From: Methylococcales bacterium
Lineage (GTDB): Bacteria > Pseudomonadota > Gammaproteobacteria > Methylococcales > Methylomonadaceae
DNA: 64,000 nucleotides
Direction of reading: 5' to 3'
NCBI GenBank assembly: GCA_026398935.1
Contig: JAPLRW010000271.1
Span: 1,132 to 65,131 of the forward strand
Shown here: positions 9,289 through 18,974 of the stretch, piece after piece
How positions within the stretch are numbered: position 1 is the first letter of the stretch
Layout: the number at the start of each line of letters is the position of its first letter
The notes under the pieces: generated by a model
Seen by the model: only the letters and a program-made list of their open reading frames with translations
What the model was told of the DNA's origin: nothing
Databases searched by the model: none
Position numbers and translations under genes: made by a program

Positions 9289-10221
9289 ATGCGGGTCATT
9301 AGGGGTTTAACGCACTTAGAGCCATTACAGCAAGGTTGTTTATTAACCATTGGCAATTTTGATGGCGTACATTTAGGGCATCAGGCGGTCATTCATAAAC
9401 TAGCGCAACACGCTAAAACGTTAAACTTACCTGTCGTGGTGATGATTTTTGAGCCACAGCCGCTAGAGTATTTTTTAAAGGCCGATGCCCCACCCCGCCT
9501 GATGCGCTTACGTGAAAAAGTGAGCCAATTTAACAGATTGCCAGTAAATGACTTATTAGTACTCAAGTTTAATCAGCACTTTGCCAATTTAGAGGCTGAC
9601 GCATTCATTCAGCACATTCTGCTCGAAAAATTAAACGTTAAGCACTTAGTGGTTGGGGATGATTTCCATTTTGGCAAAGCTCGGCGTGGTAATTTTGCGT
9701 TATTACAAGCAGCAGGGTTACGTTACGGATTTACCGTTGAAGATACTTGCTCCACTATAGTAGAAGGTTTACGTGTGAGCAGTACGGCTATTCGTCAAGC
9801 GCTAGCCTCAGGAGATTTGGCGAAGGTTGAACAATTATTAGGGCGACCCTATTCCATCTGCGGTAGAGTAATTAAAGGCGAGCAACTGGGTAGAACGCTG
9901 GGCTATCCGACGGCTAATATTCAGCTATCCCGAAAAAATAGTCCTCTTAGCGGCGTCTTTGCGGTGCTGATGACGGGTCTTAATGGCCGACAGATCCGCG
10001 GTGTCGCCAATGTCGGCACACGTCCGACAGTTACGGGCGAAAAAAACGTTATTCTTGAAACGCACTTATTTGATTTTGATGACAATTGTTATGGGCAAGC
10101 AGTAGAAGTCCATTTTATGAAAAAATTACGTGATGAACAGCACTTTGCGTCTTTAAATGATCTTAAGGCACAAATTGCAAAGGATGCTATCGCCGCCAAT
10201 GCTTTTTTCCTTTCTACTTGA
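9289..10221 (+). CDS. ribF: bifunctional riboflavin kinase / FAD synthetase
   Basis: MRVIRGL..GNFDGVHLGHQ (nucleotidyltransferase motif) and a C-terminal riboflavin-kinase block (GYPTANI, NVGTRPT). The ORF opens at TTG 9268, but ATG 9289 matches the usual RibF N-terminus. Confidence 0.93.
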   Translation: MRVIRGLTHLEPLQQGCLLTIGNFDGVHLGHQAVIHKLAQHAKTLNLPVVVMIFEPQPLEYFLKADAPPRLMRLREKVSQFNRLPVNDLLVLKFNQHFANLEADAFIQHILLEKLNVKHLVVGDDFHFGKARRGNFALLQAAGLRYGFTVEDTCSTIVEGLRVSSTAIRQALASGDLAKVEQLLGRPYSICGRVIKGEQLGRTLGYPTANIQLSRKNSPLSGVFAVLMTGLNGRQIRGVANVGTRPTVTGEKNVILETHLFDFDDNCYGQAVEVHFMKKLRDEQHFASLNDLKAQIAKDAIAANAFFLST

Positions 10222-10317
10222 AGCGGGACATACATAAGATGTAACCTATCATGCCATCATTGTTCCGTCCGCCTTGTGCAGCAGGGGTGTGTTTCTGAGC
10301 ATGACTACTTATTATCG

Positions 10318-10348
10318 TGCCTCCTGCTGTGTGAGGCATTCATTTTTT
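10318..10348 (+). terminator. stem-loop plus T-run in the ileS leader (possible attenuator)
   Basis: TGCCTC (10318-10323) pairs with GAGGCA (10333-10338), followed by ttca and T6 (10343-10348). It lies 30 nt upstream of the ileS ATG. Confidence 0.35.
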
Positions 10349-10377
10349 GCTGATTTATACCTTACCGATACCCTACG

Positions 10378-13203
10378 ATGGACTACAAACAGACCCTTAA
10401 CTTACCAAATACACCCTTTGCCATGAAGGCTAATTTAGCCCAGCGTGAGCCAGAACGTTTAAAGCAATGGACTAAGGCTGAACTGTATCAAAAAATTCGG
10501 GCGGCGCGCCTTGGCGCACCGCAGTTTATTTTGCACGATGGCCCTCCGTATGCGAATGGCTCTATTCACATCGGCCATGCGGTTAATAAGGTGTTAAAAG
10601 ACATTATTATTAAGTCAAAAACCCTCAGTGGTTTTGATGCACCGTACATTCCTGGTTGGGATTGCCACGGCTTGCCGATTGAGTTAATGGTCGAAAAGAA
10701 AATTGGCAAGGCAGGTGTTAAGGTTTCTGCGGCAGATTTTCGTAAAGCCTGTCGTGAGTACGCGCAAAAACAAGTGGGTACTCAAAAAGACGAGTTTATC
10801 CGTTTAGGCATTTTAGGCGACTGGGAAAATCCTTATCTCACCATGAGTTATGGGGTTGAAGCTGACATTGTTAGGGCGCTAGGGAAAATCAGTAATCGCG
10901 GGCATTTAAGCCAAGGGTCAAAGCCCGTACATTGGTGTACGGATTGTGGCTCTGCGTTAGCGGAAGCGGAGGTAGAATATGAAGACAAACATTCTCCCGC
11001 CATTGACGTTCGTTTTAAGGTGGTTGATAGCACTATGTTTATGGAAAGCTGCCATCATTCACCGGAACACCATGGTGAAGGCGAGCTATCCGTGGTCATC
11101 TGGACGACAACGCCTTGGACATTACCCGCTAATCAAGCAGTCGCTTTAAATGCCGCGCTTGACTACGCAGTCGTGCAGTGTGAACAGGACGGTCAACCTG
11201 AGCGTTTGGTGATTGCAGAAGCATTACTAAAGGATGCCATGCTGCGTTACGGCATTGATGATTATCACGTCATTGCCTATTGCAAAGGCGAGGCATTAGA
11301 AAATCAATTATTGCAACACCCTTTTTATGATCGCCAAGTGCCGATTGTGTTGGGCGAGCATGTCACCACCGAAGCAGGTACGGGCGCGGTGCATACGGCT
11401 CCAGGTCATGGTCAGGATGATTATATTGTTGGACAACAGTATGGCTTGCCTGTTGATTGCCCCGTCGGCGATAACGGTGTTTTCTTGCCCAGTACTGAGT
11501 TGTTTGCGGGCGAACATGTGTTTAATGCCAATGCACATGTCGTCGAGGTGTTACAAGAGCGTGGCAAACTGGTACACCACCAAGCCTTACTGCACAGCTA
11601 TCCGCATTGCTGGCGGCATAAAACCCCGATTATTTTTCGCGCGACGCCGCAATGGTTTATCTCCATGGAGAAACAGCATCTGCGTGAAGATGCCCTGCAA
11701 GCCATTAAACAGGTGCAATGGATTCCCGATTGGGGTCAGGCGCGCATTGAAAGCATGATTAATGGTCGTCCTGATTGGTGCGTATCCAGACAGCGCACTT
11801 GGGGCGTACCTATTGTATTATTTGTGCATAAAGAAACGGGTGCCTTACATCCGCGTACCGATGAATTGCTTGAAGCCGTGGCCTTACGCATTGAACAAGC
11901 GGGCATAGAAGCCTGGTTTTCTTTAGATGCCACAGAATTACTGGGCGCAGAAGCAGAACACTATCAAAAAATGACCGATACACTGGACGTCTGGTTTGAT
12001 TCCGGTGTAACCCATTCGTCCGTTTTAAACAGACGCGAAAATTTACGCTTTCCTGCTGATTTATATTTGGAAGGCTCTGATCAACATCGCGGCTGGTTTC
12101 AATCCTCCTTACTGTCATCCATTGCGATGCAAGGTATTGCGCCTTATAAGGCAGTGTTAACACACGGCTTTACGGTGGATGCCGAAGGCAAAAAAATGTC
12201 CAAGTCCAAGGGTAATGTGGTTGCACCGCAAACCGTAATGAATGCCTTAGGGGCTGACGTGCTACGGCTGTGGGTTGCCGCAACGGATTATCGCGGCGAA
12301 ATGACCGTATCGGATGAGATTTTGAATCGTACCGCAGACGGTTATCGGCGTATACGTAATACAGCACGCTTTTTATTATCCAATTTAGATGGCTTTGATC
12401 CTGCTCTTCATAGTGTTAAACCAGACGAAATGCTGGCGTTAGATCGTTGGGTAGTGGATCGTGCGGCTGTTTTACAAGAAGAAATTAAAGCGGCCTACGA
12501 CAGCTATCAATTTCAAGTAGTGACGCAAAAAATCCTGCATTTTTGCTCATTGGATTTGGGTGGCTTTTACTTAGACATCACCAAAGATCGGCAATATACC
12601 GCAAAAGCCGACGGCCTCGCCAGACGTTCCGCGCAAACGGCCTTGTACCATGTTATTGAAGCGTTAACCCGTTGGCTTGCACCTATCATTAGCTACACAG
12701 CGGATGAAATATGGCAAAGCATTCCCGGTAACCGCGCCGAGTCGGTATTTTTAGAAACGTGGTATGACGGCTTGTTCAACCTGCAAGAACAAGAGCTTAT
12801 GGGGCGTGACTTCTGGAATACCCTCATGGAGGTGCGTACCACGGTTAGCAAAGCATTAGAACAGCATCGCGCTAAAGGCGAGATCGGCTCATCACTTAAT
12901 GCAAGCGTCCAGTTATATGCGGATGAGCGGCTATACCCGCTGTTAAAACAACTGGAAAGCGAATTGCATTTTGTATTGATTACATCGCTCGCAACCATTG
13001 CGCCTATCGCAGAAGCCCCCAGCGATGCTATCCAGACGGAAATAAGCGGTCTACGCTTAAAAGTCACGGCCTCTTCTCAGCCAAAATGCGTCCGTTGTTG
13101 GCATCAACGTGCCGATATTGGTAGCCATGCTGAGCATCCTGAACTGTGTGGTCGTTGCGTTGATAACGTAGCCGGCACAGGTGAAGTACGCCTTTACGCT
13201 TAA
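10378..13203 (+). CDS. ileS: isoleucine--tRNA ligase
   Basis: 941 aa with HIGH motif ([11 protein letters not shown]), KMSKS motif (KKMSKSKGN) and a C-terminal Zn-finger (CVRCW..CGRC). Confidence 0.98.
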   Translation: MDYKQTLNLPNTPFAMKANLAQREPERLKQWTKAELYQKIRAARLGAPQFILHDGPPYANGSIHIGHAVNKVLKDIIIKSKTLSGFDAPYIPGWDCHGLPIELMVEKKIGKAGVKVSAADFRKACREYAQKQVGTQKDEFIRLGILGDWENPYLTMSYGVEADIVRALGKISNRGHLSQGSKPVHWCTDCGSALAEAEVEYEDKHSPAIDVRFKVVDSTMFMESCHHSPEHHGEGELSVVIWTTTPWTLPANQAVALNAALDYAVVQCEQDGQPERLVIAEALLKDAMLRYGIDDYHVIAYCKGEALENQLLQHPFYDRQVPIVLGEHVTTEAGTGAVHTAPGHGQDDYIVGQQYGLPVDCPVGDNGVFLPSTELFAGEHVFNANAHVVEVLQERGKLVHHQALLHSYPHCWRHKTPIIFRATPQWFISMEKQHLREDALQAIKQVQWIPDWGQARIESMINGRPDWCVSRQRTWGVPIVLFVHKETGALHPRTDELLEAVALRIEQAGIEAWFSLDATELLGAEAEHYQKMTDTLDVWFDSGVTHSSVLNRRENLRFPADLYLEGSDQHRGWFQSSLLSSIAMQGIAPYKAVLTHGFTVDAEGKKMSKSKGNVVAPQTVMNALGADVLRLWVAATDYRGEMTVSDEILNRTADGYRRIRNTARFLLSNLDGFDPALHSVKPDEMLALDRWVVDRAAVLQEEIKAAYDSYQFQVVTQKILHFCSLDLGGFYLDITKDRQYTAKADGLARRSAQTALYHVIEALTRWLAPIISYTADEIWQSIPGNRAESVFLETWYDGLFNLQEQELMGRDFWNTLMEVRTTVSKALEQHRAKGEIGSSLNASVQLYADERLYPLLKQLESELHFVLITSLATIAPIAEAPSDAIQTEISGLRLKVTASSQPKCVRCWHQRADIGSHAEHPELCGRCVDNVAGTGEVRLYA

Positions 13204-13213
13204 AGAGAATGTT

Positions 13214-13690
13214 ATGTTGAAATGGTTGTGGTTGTCAGTATTGGTGCTGATTTTAGATCAGGCCAGTAAATTAGTGGTGGCAGAGGTGATGCAGCTGTAT
13301 CAATCCATCCCCTTGCTGCCAATGTTTAATTTACTGTATGTACACAATAACGGTGCGGCGTTCAGTTTTCTAAGCGAAGCGGGCGGCTGGCAGCGCTGGT
13401 TTTTTGCCGCAATGGCCTTGATCATTAGCGTGGTACTGACGGTTTGGTTAAGCCGCTTGCAAAAAACTGAGACACTATTAGCAGCCGCCTTGTCACTGGT
13501 GTTAGGTGGAGCAATCGGCAACCTGTATGATCGCTTGGCGTACGGCTATGTTATTGACTTTTTGGATGTGTATTATCAAAACTGGCATTGGCCAGCGTTT
13601 AATATCGCCGATTCAGCCATTACACTAGGGGTTGCGCTGCTGTTACTGGAATCGTTTGGGGTGGGTAAGAAAACGGCATCGAGTGAGTAG
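13214..13690 (+). CDS. lspA: lipoprotein signal peptidase (signal peptidase II)
   Basis: MLKWLWLSVLVLILDQASK.., NNGAAFSFL and FNIADSAI motifs. It occupies the conserved position after ileS. The ORF is open from 13181, but ATG 13214 fits the family N-terminus. Confidence 0.93.
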   Translation: MLKWLWLSVLVLILDQASKLVVAEVMQLYQSIPLLPMFNLLYVHNNGAAFSFLSEAGGWQRWFFAAMALIISVVLTVWLSRLQKTETLLAAALSLVLGGAIGNLYDRLAYGYVIDFLDVYYQNWHWPAFNIADSAITLGVALLLLESFGVGKKTASSE

Positions 13691-13825
13691 TCAGGCGCTG
13701 TAATGCGCAGAGCATAGAAGCGCATTCTCGCTGACGCTTAATAATCGCTAAAAAATATTGAAAAATAACCTTTCTGGCAACCTCAATAATGCAATCCTTT
13801 ATAAGGACGAAGAATTTTATAAAGT

Positions 13826-15127
13826 ATGAAATTAAAATTAGAAAATATAGGCATGATACGCCACGCGGATATTAAACTAGATGGATTGACTGTTATCGCT
13901 GGAGAAAACGATACGGGTAAAAGCACTGTAGGAAAACTCATATTTTCTTTAATTAAAGCCTTTAACCGTTATGAGCAGGATTTGAATGAAAGCAAGTCAG
14001 ATAGAGTTTTTGAATTAATTGAAAAAATTTATTTTCAACTGCGTAAAGAGTATGATTTTAAAGAGAATATGGAAATTAGAGATGCGTTTTTTCCACCTGT
14101 TTTTTTGAGGGAGTTTAAAAAAGCTGACGACCCGATCGCCCTAATTGATCATAAAATCATTCTCTTAAGAAAAATTGACGCAGTTAATGTTATTGCTGAT
14201 CTCGAATTAATAAAAAAAATATACTCAGAAGATGAAGATAAAGAGTCAAGTATTAAAAGAGCATTAGCCAAGGCTTTTGTTTCTGAATTTTATTTTGAAT
14301 TAACTCCAAAAAACTCTACTTTAGCCTCTCATATTAATCTTTCGGAAGGGCCAAATAAGATATTCGATATCGCTATAAAAGACAATAAAATTGACGATCT
14401 GAAGCTATATGACGACTTAACTTTTAATGACGTTACTCTTATTGAAACGCCTATTTTTTTGCAAATGTATGATTTAATCCGTTCTGCGTCGACTCTATTT
14501 GAAATGGAAGACAGTCGTGAGCGATCATTAAAATCTAGTCGACCAAATCCAAAGGTGGCATTACATGTAAAAGACTTAATTTCAAAACTAGAAAATGCAC
14601 AATATTTTTCTTTTCAACAAAAGCGTTTATTTGAAGATAATTTGGACAGCTTATTAGCTGATATTACTAAAATAACAAAAGGATCAGGATTTACCTTTGA
14701 AAAGAAAGATAGAGACTTCTACTTTAATAAAAACGGGAACACGAATTTCAAATCCATTAATACGGCAACCGGTTTAAAAGCATTTGGTATTATTCAATTG
14801 TTGATTCAGGCAAGTATTCTTAATGAAAGAAGTTTGCTTATTATTGACGAGCCAGAAATTCATCTACATCCGAAGTGGCAAGTAGAATATGCCAAATTAA
14901 TAGTAACTTTAGTGAAAAATAATATTCCAGTTTTATTGACTTCACATAGTCCAGAAATAATACAAGCATTAAGTACTTTCAGTGAAGAATTTGGAGTGCA
15001 AAATAGAACTACTTATTATCTTACAGAGAGTGATGGCGTAGTTTCTGACATAAATGATGTTAGCGAAGATATTAATAAGATATTCATTAAACTAGCCGAA
15101 CCATTACATAATTTGGTTTGGGATTAA
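13826..15127 (+). CDS. ABC/SMC-like AAA ATPase (AAA_15/AAA_21-type), candidate defence-system sensor/motor
   Basis: 433 aa. Walker A GENDTGKST (res 26-34) is followed by a long charged helical insertion, then NTATGLKAFG, Walker B LLIIDEPEIHLHP and LLTSHSPE. Sampled 60-nt lines are about 30% G+C, against about 45% in the flanking core genes. Confidence 0.8.
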   Translation: MKLKLENIGMIRHADIKLDGLTVIAGENDTGKSTVGKLIFSLIKAFNRYEQDLNESKSDRVFELIEKIYFQLRKEYDFKENMEIRDAFFPPVFLREFKKADDPIALIDHKIILLRKIDAVNVIADLELIKKIYSEDEDKESSIKRALAKAFVSEFYFELTPKNSTLASHINLSEGPNKIFDIAIKDNKIDDLKLYDDLTFNDVTLIETPIFLQMYDLIRSASTLFEMEDSRERSLKSSRPNPKVALHVKDLISKLENAQYFSFQQKRLFEDNLDSLLADITKITKGSGFTFEKKDRDFYFNKNGNTNFKSINTATGLKAFGIIQLLIQASILNERSLLIIDEPEIHLHPKWQVEYAKLIVTLVKNNIPVLLTSHSPEIIQALSTFSEEFGVQNRTTYYLTESDGVVSDINDVSEDINKIFIKLAEPLHNLVWD

Positions 15128-15132
15128 CAGGC

Positions 15133-15777
15133 ATGCTTGAAAGACTAATAGAATTTGGAATTAATGGGCATTTTTTTTATTTTATGCCAATAGGTCAATT
15201 AGAAAAGAGTTGTTGTTCTAACTCAAAATTAGAGGTTATTGATTTTGACAAAACCAAAGAAATACTGTCCAACATAACAAAATTACAACAACCAAAATCG
15301 GCTGACGCACTAAAAATATTACCTTTGTTGGATCGTATAGACTTCATAGAATTAAAGGGATTTAAAAAATTCATTCAGTACAACCAAGATAAACCAGATA
15401 TTGACAAAGAAATAAGCTATCAAGTTGAAAAGTTTGGTTTGACTGAAAAAATAAGAGATAGTTTATTTGTTTTGACCTTACTGACAAAACTGAAAGAATT
15501 TGAATGTAAAAAATCAGAACGCGAACAATATCAAAAAGCTACAAAAAACTATATTATAGTCGTTGATATTGATTTATATCAAAATCCTATAAAAGATAGA
15601 TTGATTACTTTGGCCTTTTTGAGTGAAGCTACCATCAATATAAAAAGCAGAATCTTAGATGAATTAAGTCAATCGGTTGATCGCATATTGATTTCTAGCC
15701 TAGAAAATCTTCAAAAGCCTATGATTATTAGTTGCAAAAATATAGATAGCTACTATCAAAAGCTTTTAAAAAAATAA
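15133..15777 (+). CDS. uncharacterised 214-aa partner protein of the AAA ATPase (possible nuclease-type effector)
   Basis: The ATG lies 5 nt after the ATPase stop, and the ORF is open from TTG 15118. Composition is equally AT-rich. I recognise no family. Acidic/Lys motifs are present: D58..D70-F-I-E73-L-K75 and VVD145-I-D147. Confidence 0.6.
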   Translation: MLERLIEFGINGHFFYFMPIGQLEKSCCSNSKLEVIDFDKTKEILSNITKLQQPKSADALKILPLLDRIDFIELKGFKKFIQYNQDKPDIDKEISYQVEKFGLTEKIRDSLFVLTLLTKLKEFECKKSEREQYQKATKNYIIVVDIDLYQNPIKDRLITLAFLSEATINIKSRILDELSQSVDRILISSLENLQKPMIISCKNIDSYYQKLLKK

Positions 15778-15878
15778 TAGAGGTTGTTGAGTTCAGGATA
15801 GATACACGGTTAAAGTTCAAACCCATTTCATCTGTCTGTCGTTCTCGCGCTTTAACTTAAGAACAATGCAACGAGGAC

Positions 15879-16616
15879 TTACCGTCTAACCGCCCGCATC
15901 ACTTGTTTCAAATCCTTTACGGTCTGTGCTAAGCCGGAAAACAGTGCTTGAGCAATGATTGAATGCCCGATATTCAGCTCAACAAGCTCAGGAATCTGAC
16001 AAATGGCTTCAACATTGTAGAAGTTTAAACCATGCCCTGCGTTGACCTGTAAACCACATTGCTTAGCGTAGTGTGCGGCGTGTTGAATGCGTTGCAGCTC
16101 TACTTGTTGTTGCGCGCGACCACTGGCATCGGCATAAGCGCCGGTATGTAATTCAATAACGGGCGCGCCCGCTTTAAGCGCCGCATCAATTTGTGCGGCT
16201 TCAGGATCAATAAACAACGACACTTCGATCCCGCCATCCCCTAAGCGTTGGCAAGCACCACGCACTGCAGTAAAGTTAGCGACAACATCCAGTCCGCCTT
16301 CGGTGGTTAATTCCGCTCTTTTTTCTGGAACCAAACAACAGGCAAATGGCTGTACTTGCAAGGCAATACGCAGCATCTCTTCGGTGACGCCCATTTCTAA
16401 GTTCAAGCGCGTTTGTAGCACCTCTTTTAAACGTAAAATATCGCTATCCTGAATATGCCGACGGTCTTCCCGTAAATGTGCGGTAATGCCATCAGCGCCG
16501 GCTTGTTCTGCCACCAGCGCAGCTTGTACAGGATCAGGGTAAATCGTTCCGCGCGCCTGCCGAACGGTGGCGATATGATCAATATTAACGCCCAGTAAAA
16601 TAAGATTTTTCTGCAT
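15879..16616 (-). CDS. pdxJ: pyridoxine 5'-phosphate synthase
   Basis: [32 protein letters not shown] matches the PdxJ signature. It sits in the conserved recO-pdxJ position. Confidence 0.95.
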   Translation of the reverse strand: MQKNLILLGVNIDHIATVRQARGTIYPDPVQAALVAEQAGADGITAHLREDRRHIQDSDILRLKEVLQTRLNLEMGVTEEMLRIALQVQPFACCLVPEKRAELTTEGGLDVVANFTAVRGACQRLGDGGIEVSLFIDPEAAQIDAALKAGAPVIELHTGAYADASGRAQQQVELQRIQHAAHYAKQCGLQVNAGHGLNFYNVEAICQIPELVELNIGHSIIAQALFSGLAQTVKDLKQVMRAVRR

Positions 16617-16619
16617 ACA

Positions 16620-17366
16620 TTAGAGTTGTTGGTAGATTTTTGCAAGAATGGCGCGCGTTTTTAACGGCTTACCCTGTAGGTGAAAATTAATGACATTGCG
16701 CATGATGTATTTGGCTTCGCTGAGTGCCTGAGTATCCGTAAATACTTTGTCATTTATTGCTTGGATGGTTTTGCCGCTGACCGTTCCGGCGACATGTTCA
16801 ATGACCCCTCGCTCAGCCTGAAAAAAATACTGTGCGTCAGTGTTAATGGGTGCTTCGGTATGGGCATCGTACTCGGTTAATAATGCTAAACCAATGTGTT
16901 GCATAAGATTGAGTTCAAACAAGCGCAAGACTGCTTCTACCTGCAATAAAGGCGTGAAACCAGCAGGATTTTCAGTCTCACGCATCACACGGGTTAATTG
17001 CATTAAACAATCGCGATAATCAGCATAAACCTCAGGATGCGGATCGTGTTTATGGCAAAAACGCCCGATTAATTCATTAACATAAAAACCACAATACAGC
17101 GCAAGCCCCGTTAAGTCAGTGTGAATGGGCTGTGCCTCAACCTGCGTCAAGGTCTTGAGTTCTGCTTTACCGCAATAAGAAACGCTTAATGCTTTAAACG
17201 GTAACAACAATCCTGCCGTTCTGGACTTGGCTTTTCTAACGCCCTTGGCTAAAATCGAAATAATGCCATAATCACGCGTGAATACCTCTAAGATTAAGCT
17301 GGTTTCTCGGTAGCGACGGTGATGTAAGATGAATCCCGGCTGACACTCAACAACGGTTTCAGTCAT
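16620..17366 (-). CDS. recO: DNA repair protein RecO
   Basis: 248 aa. The N-terminus (GFILHHRRYRETSLILEVFTRDYG) is RecO OB-fold-like. The gene lies between era and pdxJ as in the E. coli rnc-era-recO-pdxJ operon. Confidence 0.9.
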   Translation of the reverse strand: MTETVVECQPGFILHHRRYRETSLILEVFTRDYGIISILAKGVRKAKSRTAGLLLPFKALSVSYCGKAELKTLTQVEAQPIHTDLTGLALYCGFYVNELIGRFCHKHDPHPEVYADYRDCLMQLTRVMRETENPAGFTPLLQVEAVLRLFELNLMQHIGLALLTEYDAHTEAPINTDAQYFFQAERGVIEHVAGTVSGKTIQAINDKVFTDTQALSEAKYIMRNVINFHLQGKPLKTRAILAKIYQQL

Positions 17367-18248
17367 TAAATCCTAAGCTTTGTAACGCACGCTCATTATC
17401 CGACCAGCCTTTTTTAACTTTTACCCACAATTGTAGATAGACTTTTTGATCCAATAGTTTTTCAATATCTTTACGCGCATCCGAGCCGATACTTTTTAGC
17501 ATTTCACCTTGAGCGCCAATAACAATGCTTTTTTGCGATAAGCGTTCTACCCAAATAATGGCGTATATTTTACTGATCGTCGGCAGCTCTTCAAACTTTT
17601 CTATTTCCACGGTTATCGAATAGGGCAATTCATCCCCTAAACGCCGGGTTAATTTTTCACGCACAATTTCAGCACATAAAAAACGCTCCGGTCGGTCAGT
17701 AATTTGATCAGCAGGATAGATTAAATCTGCTTCTGGCAACATGGACATTAAAACGGTCTCAAGCTCCACCAGATTGGTTCTTTTTAGCGCAGAAATGGGT
17801 AAGATATGTGCAAAGGGATAGCGTTTTTGCGCGGTTTCAAAAAAAGCCAAGACGGTATCGCGATTCTTGATTTTATCAATTTTATTTACCACCAAAACAA
17901 CGGGCAAACCTGCTTGTTCCAGCTTTTTAAAAATGATGTCATCATAATCATGCCACATCAGGCCATCAATCAGCCACACCACAACATCTACACCCAAAAG
18001 AGTCGTGTCTGCGGTACGGTTAAGATAACGATTTAACGCGCGACCAGCTCCTTCATGCATGCCAGGCGTATCCATATAAATGGCCTGCCCTGCGGCGGTG
18101 GTGTTAATGCCTAATATACGATGCCGCGTGGTTTGCGGCTTTCTGCAGGTAATGCTGATTTTTTGACCGAGCAGATGGTTCATGAGGGTTTGAGGGTTGA
18201 TTTGCCAACATTAGGACGACCAATTAACGCAACTGTGCCACAATTCAT
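17359..18248 (-). pseudogene. era: GTPase Era, reading frame broken by an 8-bp tandem duplication after the P-loop
   Basis: A 22-codon ORF (18248..18180: MNCGTVALIGRPNVGKSTLKPS*) carries the G1 P-loop. The 274-aa ORF 17359..18183 (MNHLLGQKISITCRKPQTTRHR..) carries the rest, including the KH domain. Removing one copy of TGAGGGTT (18183-18198) restores ..GKSTLMNHLLGQK.. and a protein of about 293 aa. Confidence 0.85.
18183..18198. repeat. perfect 8-bp tandem duplication TGAGGGTT x2 inside era
   Basis: Read directly: tgagggtt tgagggtt at 18183-18190 and 18191-18198. Confidence 0.95.
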
Positions 18249-18272
18249 ACTATTAATCCCTTTGTTAAACAA

Positions 18273-18974
18273 TTAAAGGCGGTTCTCACTAGGCCTCTTA
18301 TCCTTTTGCAACAATTGCAGCATTTGTTCTGCTGAGGCTTGTTCCGCTCTTTTTCTTGAAATACCCGTTGATACAGTGGTTTCGTTCAGTAACTTAACCT
18401 TGCACTCTACCTTGAAGGTTTGTTGATGTGCCAGTCCAGACATGCTGAGCAAACGGTATTCCGGTAGCTCTTGCTGCTTAGCTTGCATCAATTCCTGTAG
18501 CAAGGTTTTAGGGTCTTTGCTCCAGTTTTCCAAGGTTAATTGTGCTAATTTTTCTTCAAATAAGCGCAGTATCCACGTTTGGCAAACCATAATGCCTTGA
18601 TCCTTCAGCAATGCGCCCATAATGGATTCCAGCGCATCGGATAAAATAGAATCTCGGCGATACCCGCCACTTTTTAATTCTCCAGAACCCAGCAGCAAGT
18701 AATCACCTAGCTGATGATCTCTGGCTATGCTGGCCAAGGAGGTTTGATTCACTAAGCTGGCACGTAACCTGCTCAATTCACCCTCACTGGCATCGGGGAA
18801 TAATTCTGTTAATTTCTGTGCAATAACAAACCCTAAAACAGCATCGCCTAAAAACTCAAGCCGCTCATTATTTTTAGCGCCTTTGCTGCGATGGGTTAAG
18901 GCCATTACAAAAAGTTCAGGGTTGTTAAACTGCAATCCCAATTGATTGCAAAGTAATTCTGACGCTTTAATCAC
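18273..18974 (-). CDS. rnc: ribonuclease III
   Basis: RNase III signature NERLEFLGDAVLG and a C-terminal dsRBD. It lies upstream of era. Confidence 0.95.
   Translation of the reverse strand: MIKASELLCNQLGLQFNNPELFVMALTHRSKGAKNNERLEFLGDAVLGFVIAQKLTELFPDASEGELSRLRASLVNQTSLASIARDHQLGDYLLLGSGELKSGGYRRDSILSDALESIMGALLKDQGIMVCQTWILRLFEEKLAQLTLENWSKDPKTLLQELMQAKQQELPEYRLLSMSGLAHQQTFKVECKVKLLNETTVSTGISRKRAEQASAEQMLQLLQKDKRPSENRL

Noticed and set aside
10848-13067. Multiple 60-143-aa ORFs in alternative frames or antisense within ileS.
   Set aside because: The ileS frame is unambiguous (HIGH, KMSKS, Zn finger). The others are frame shadows.
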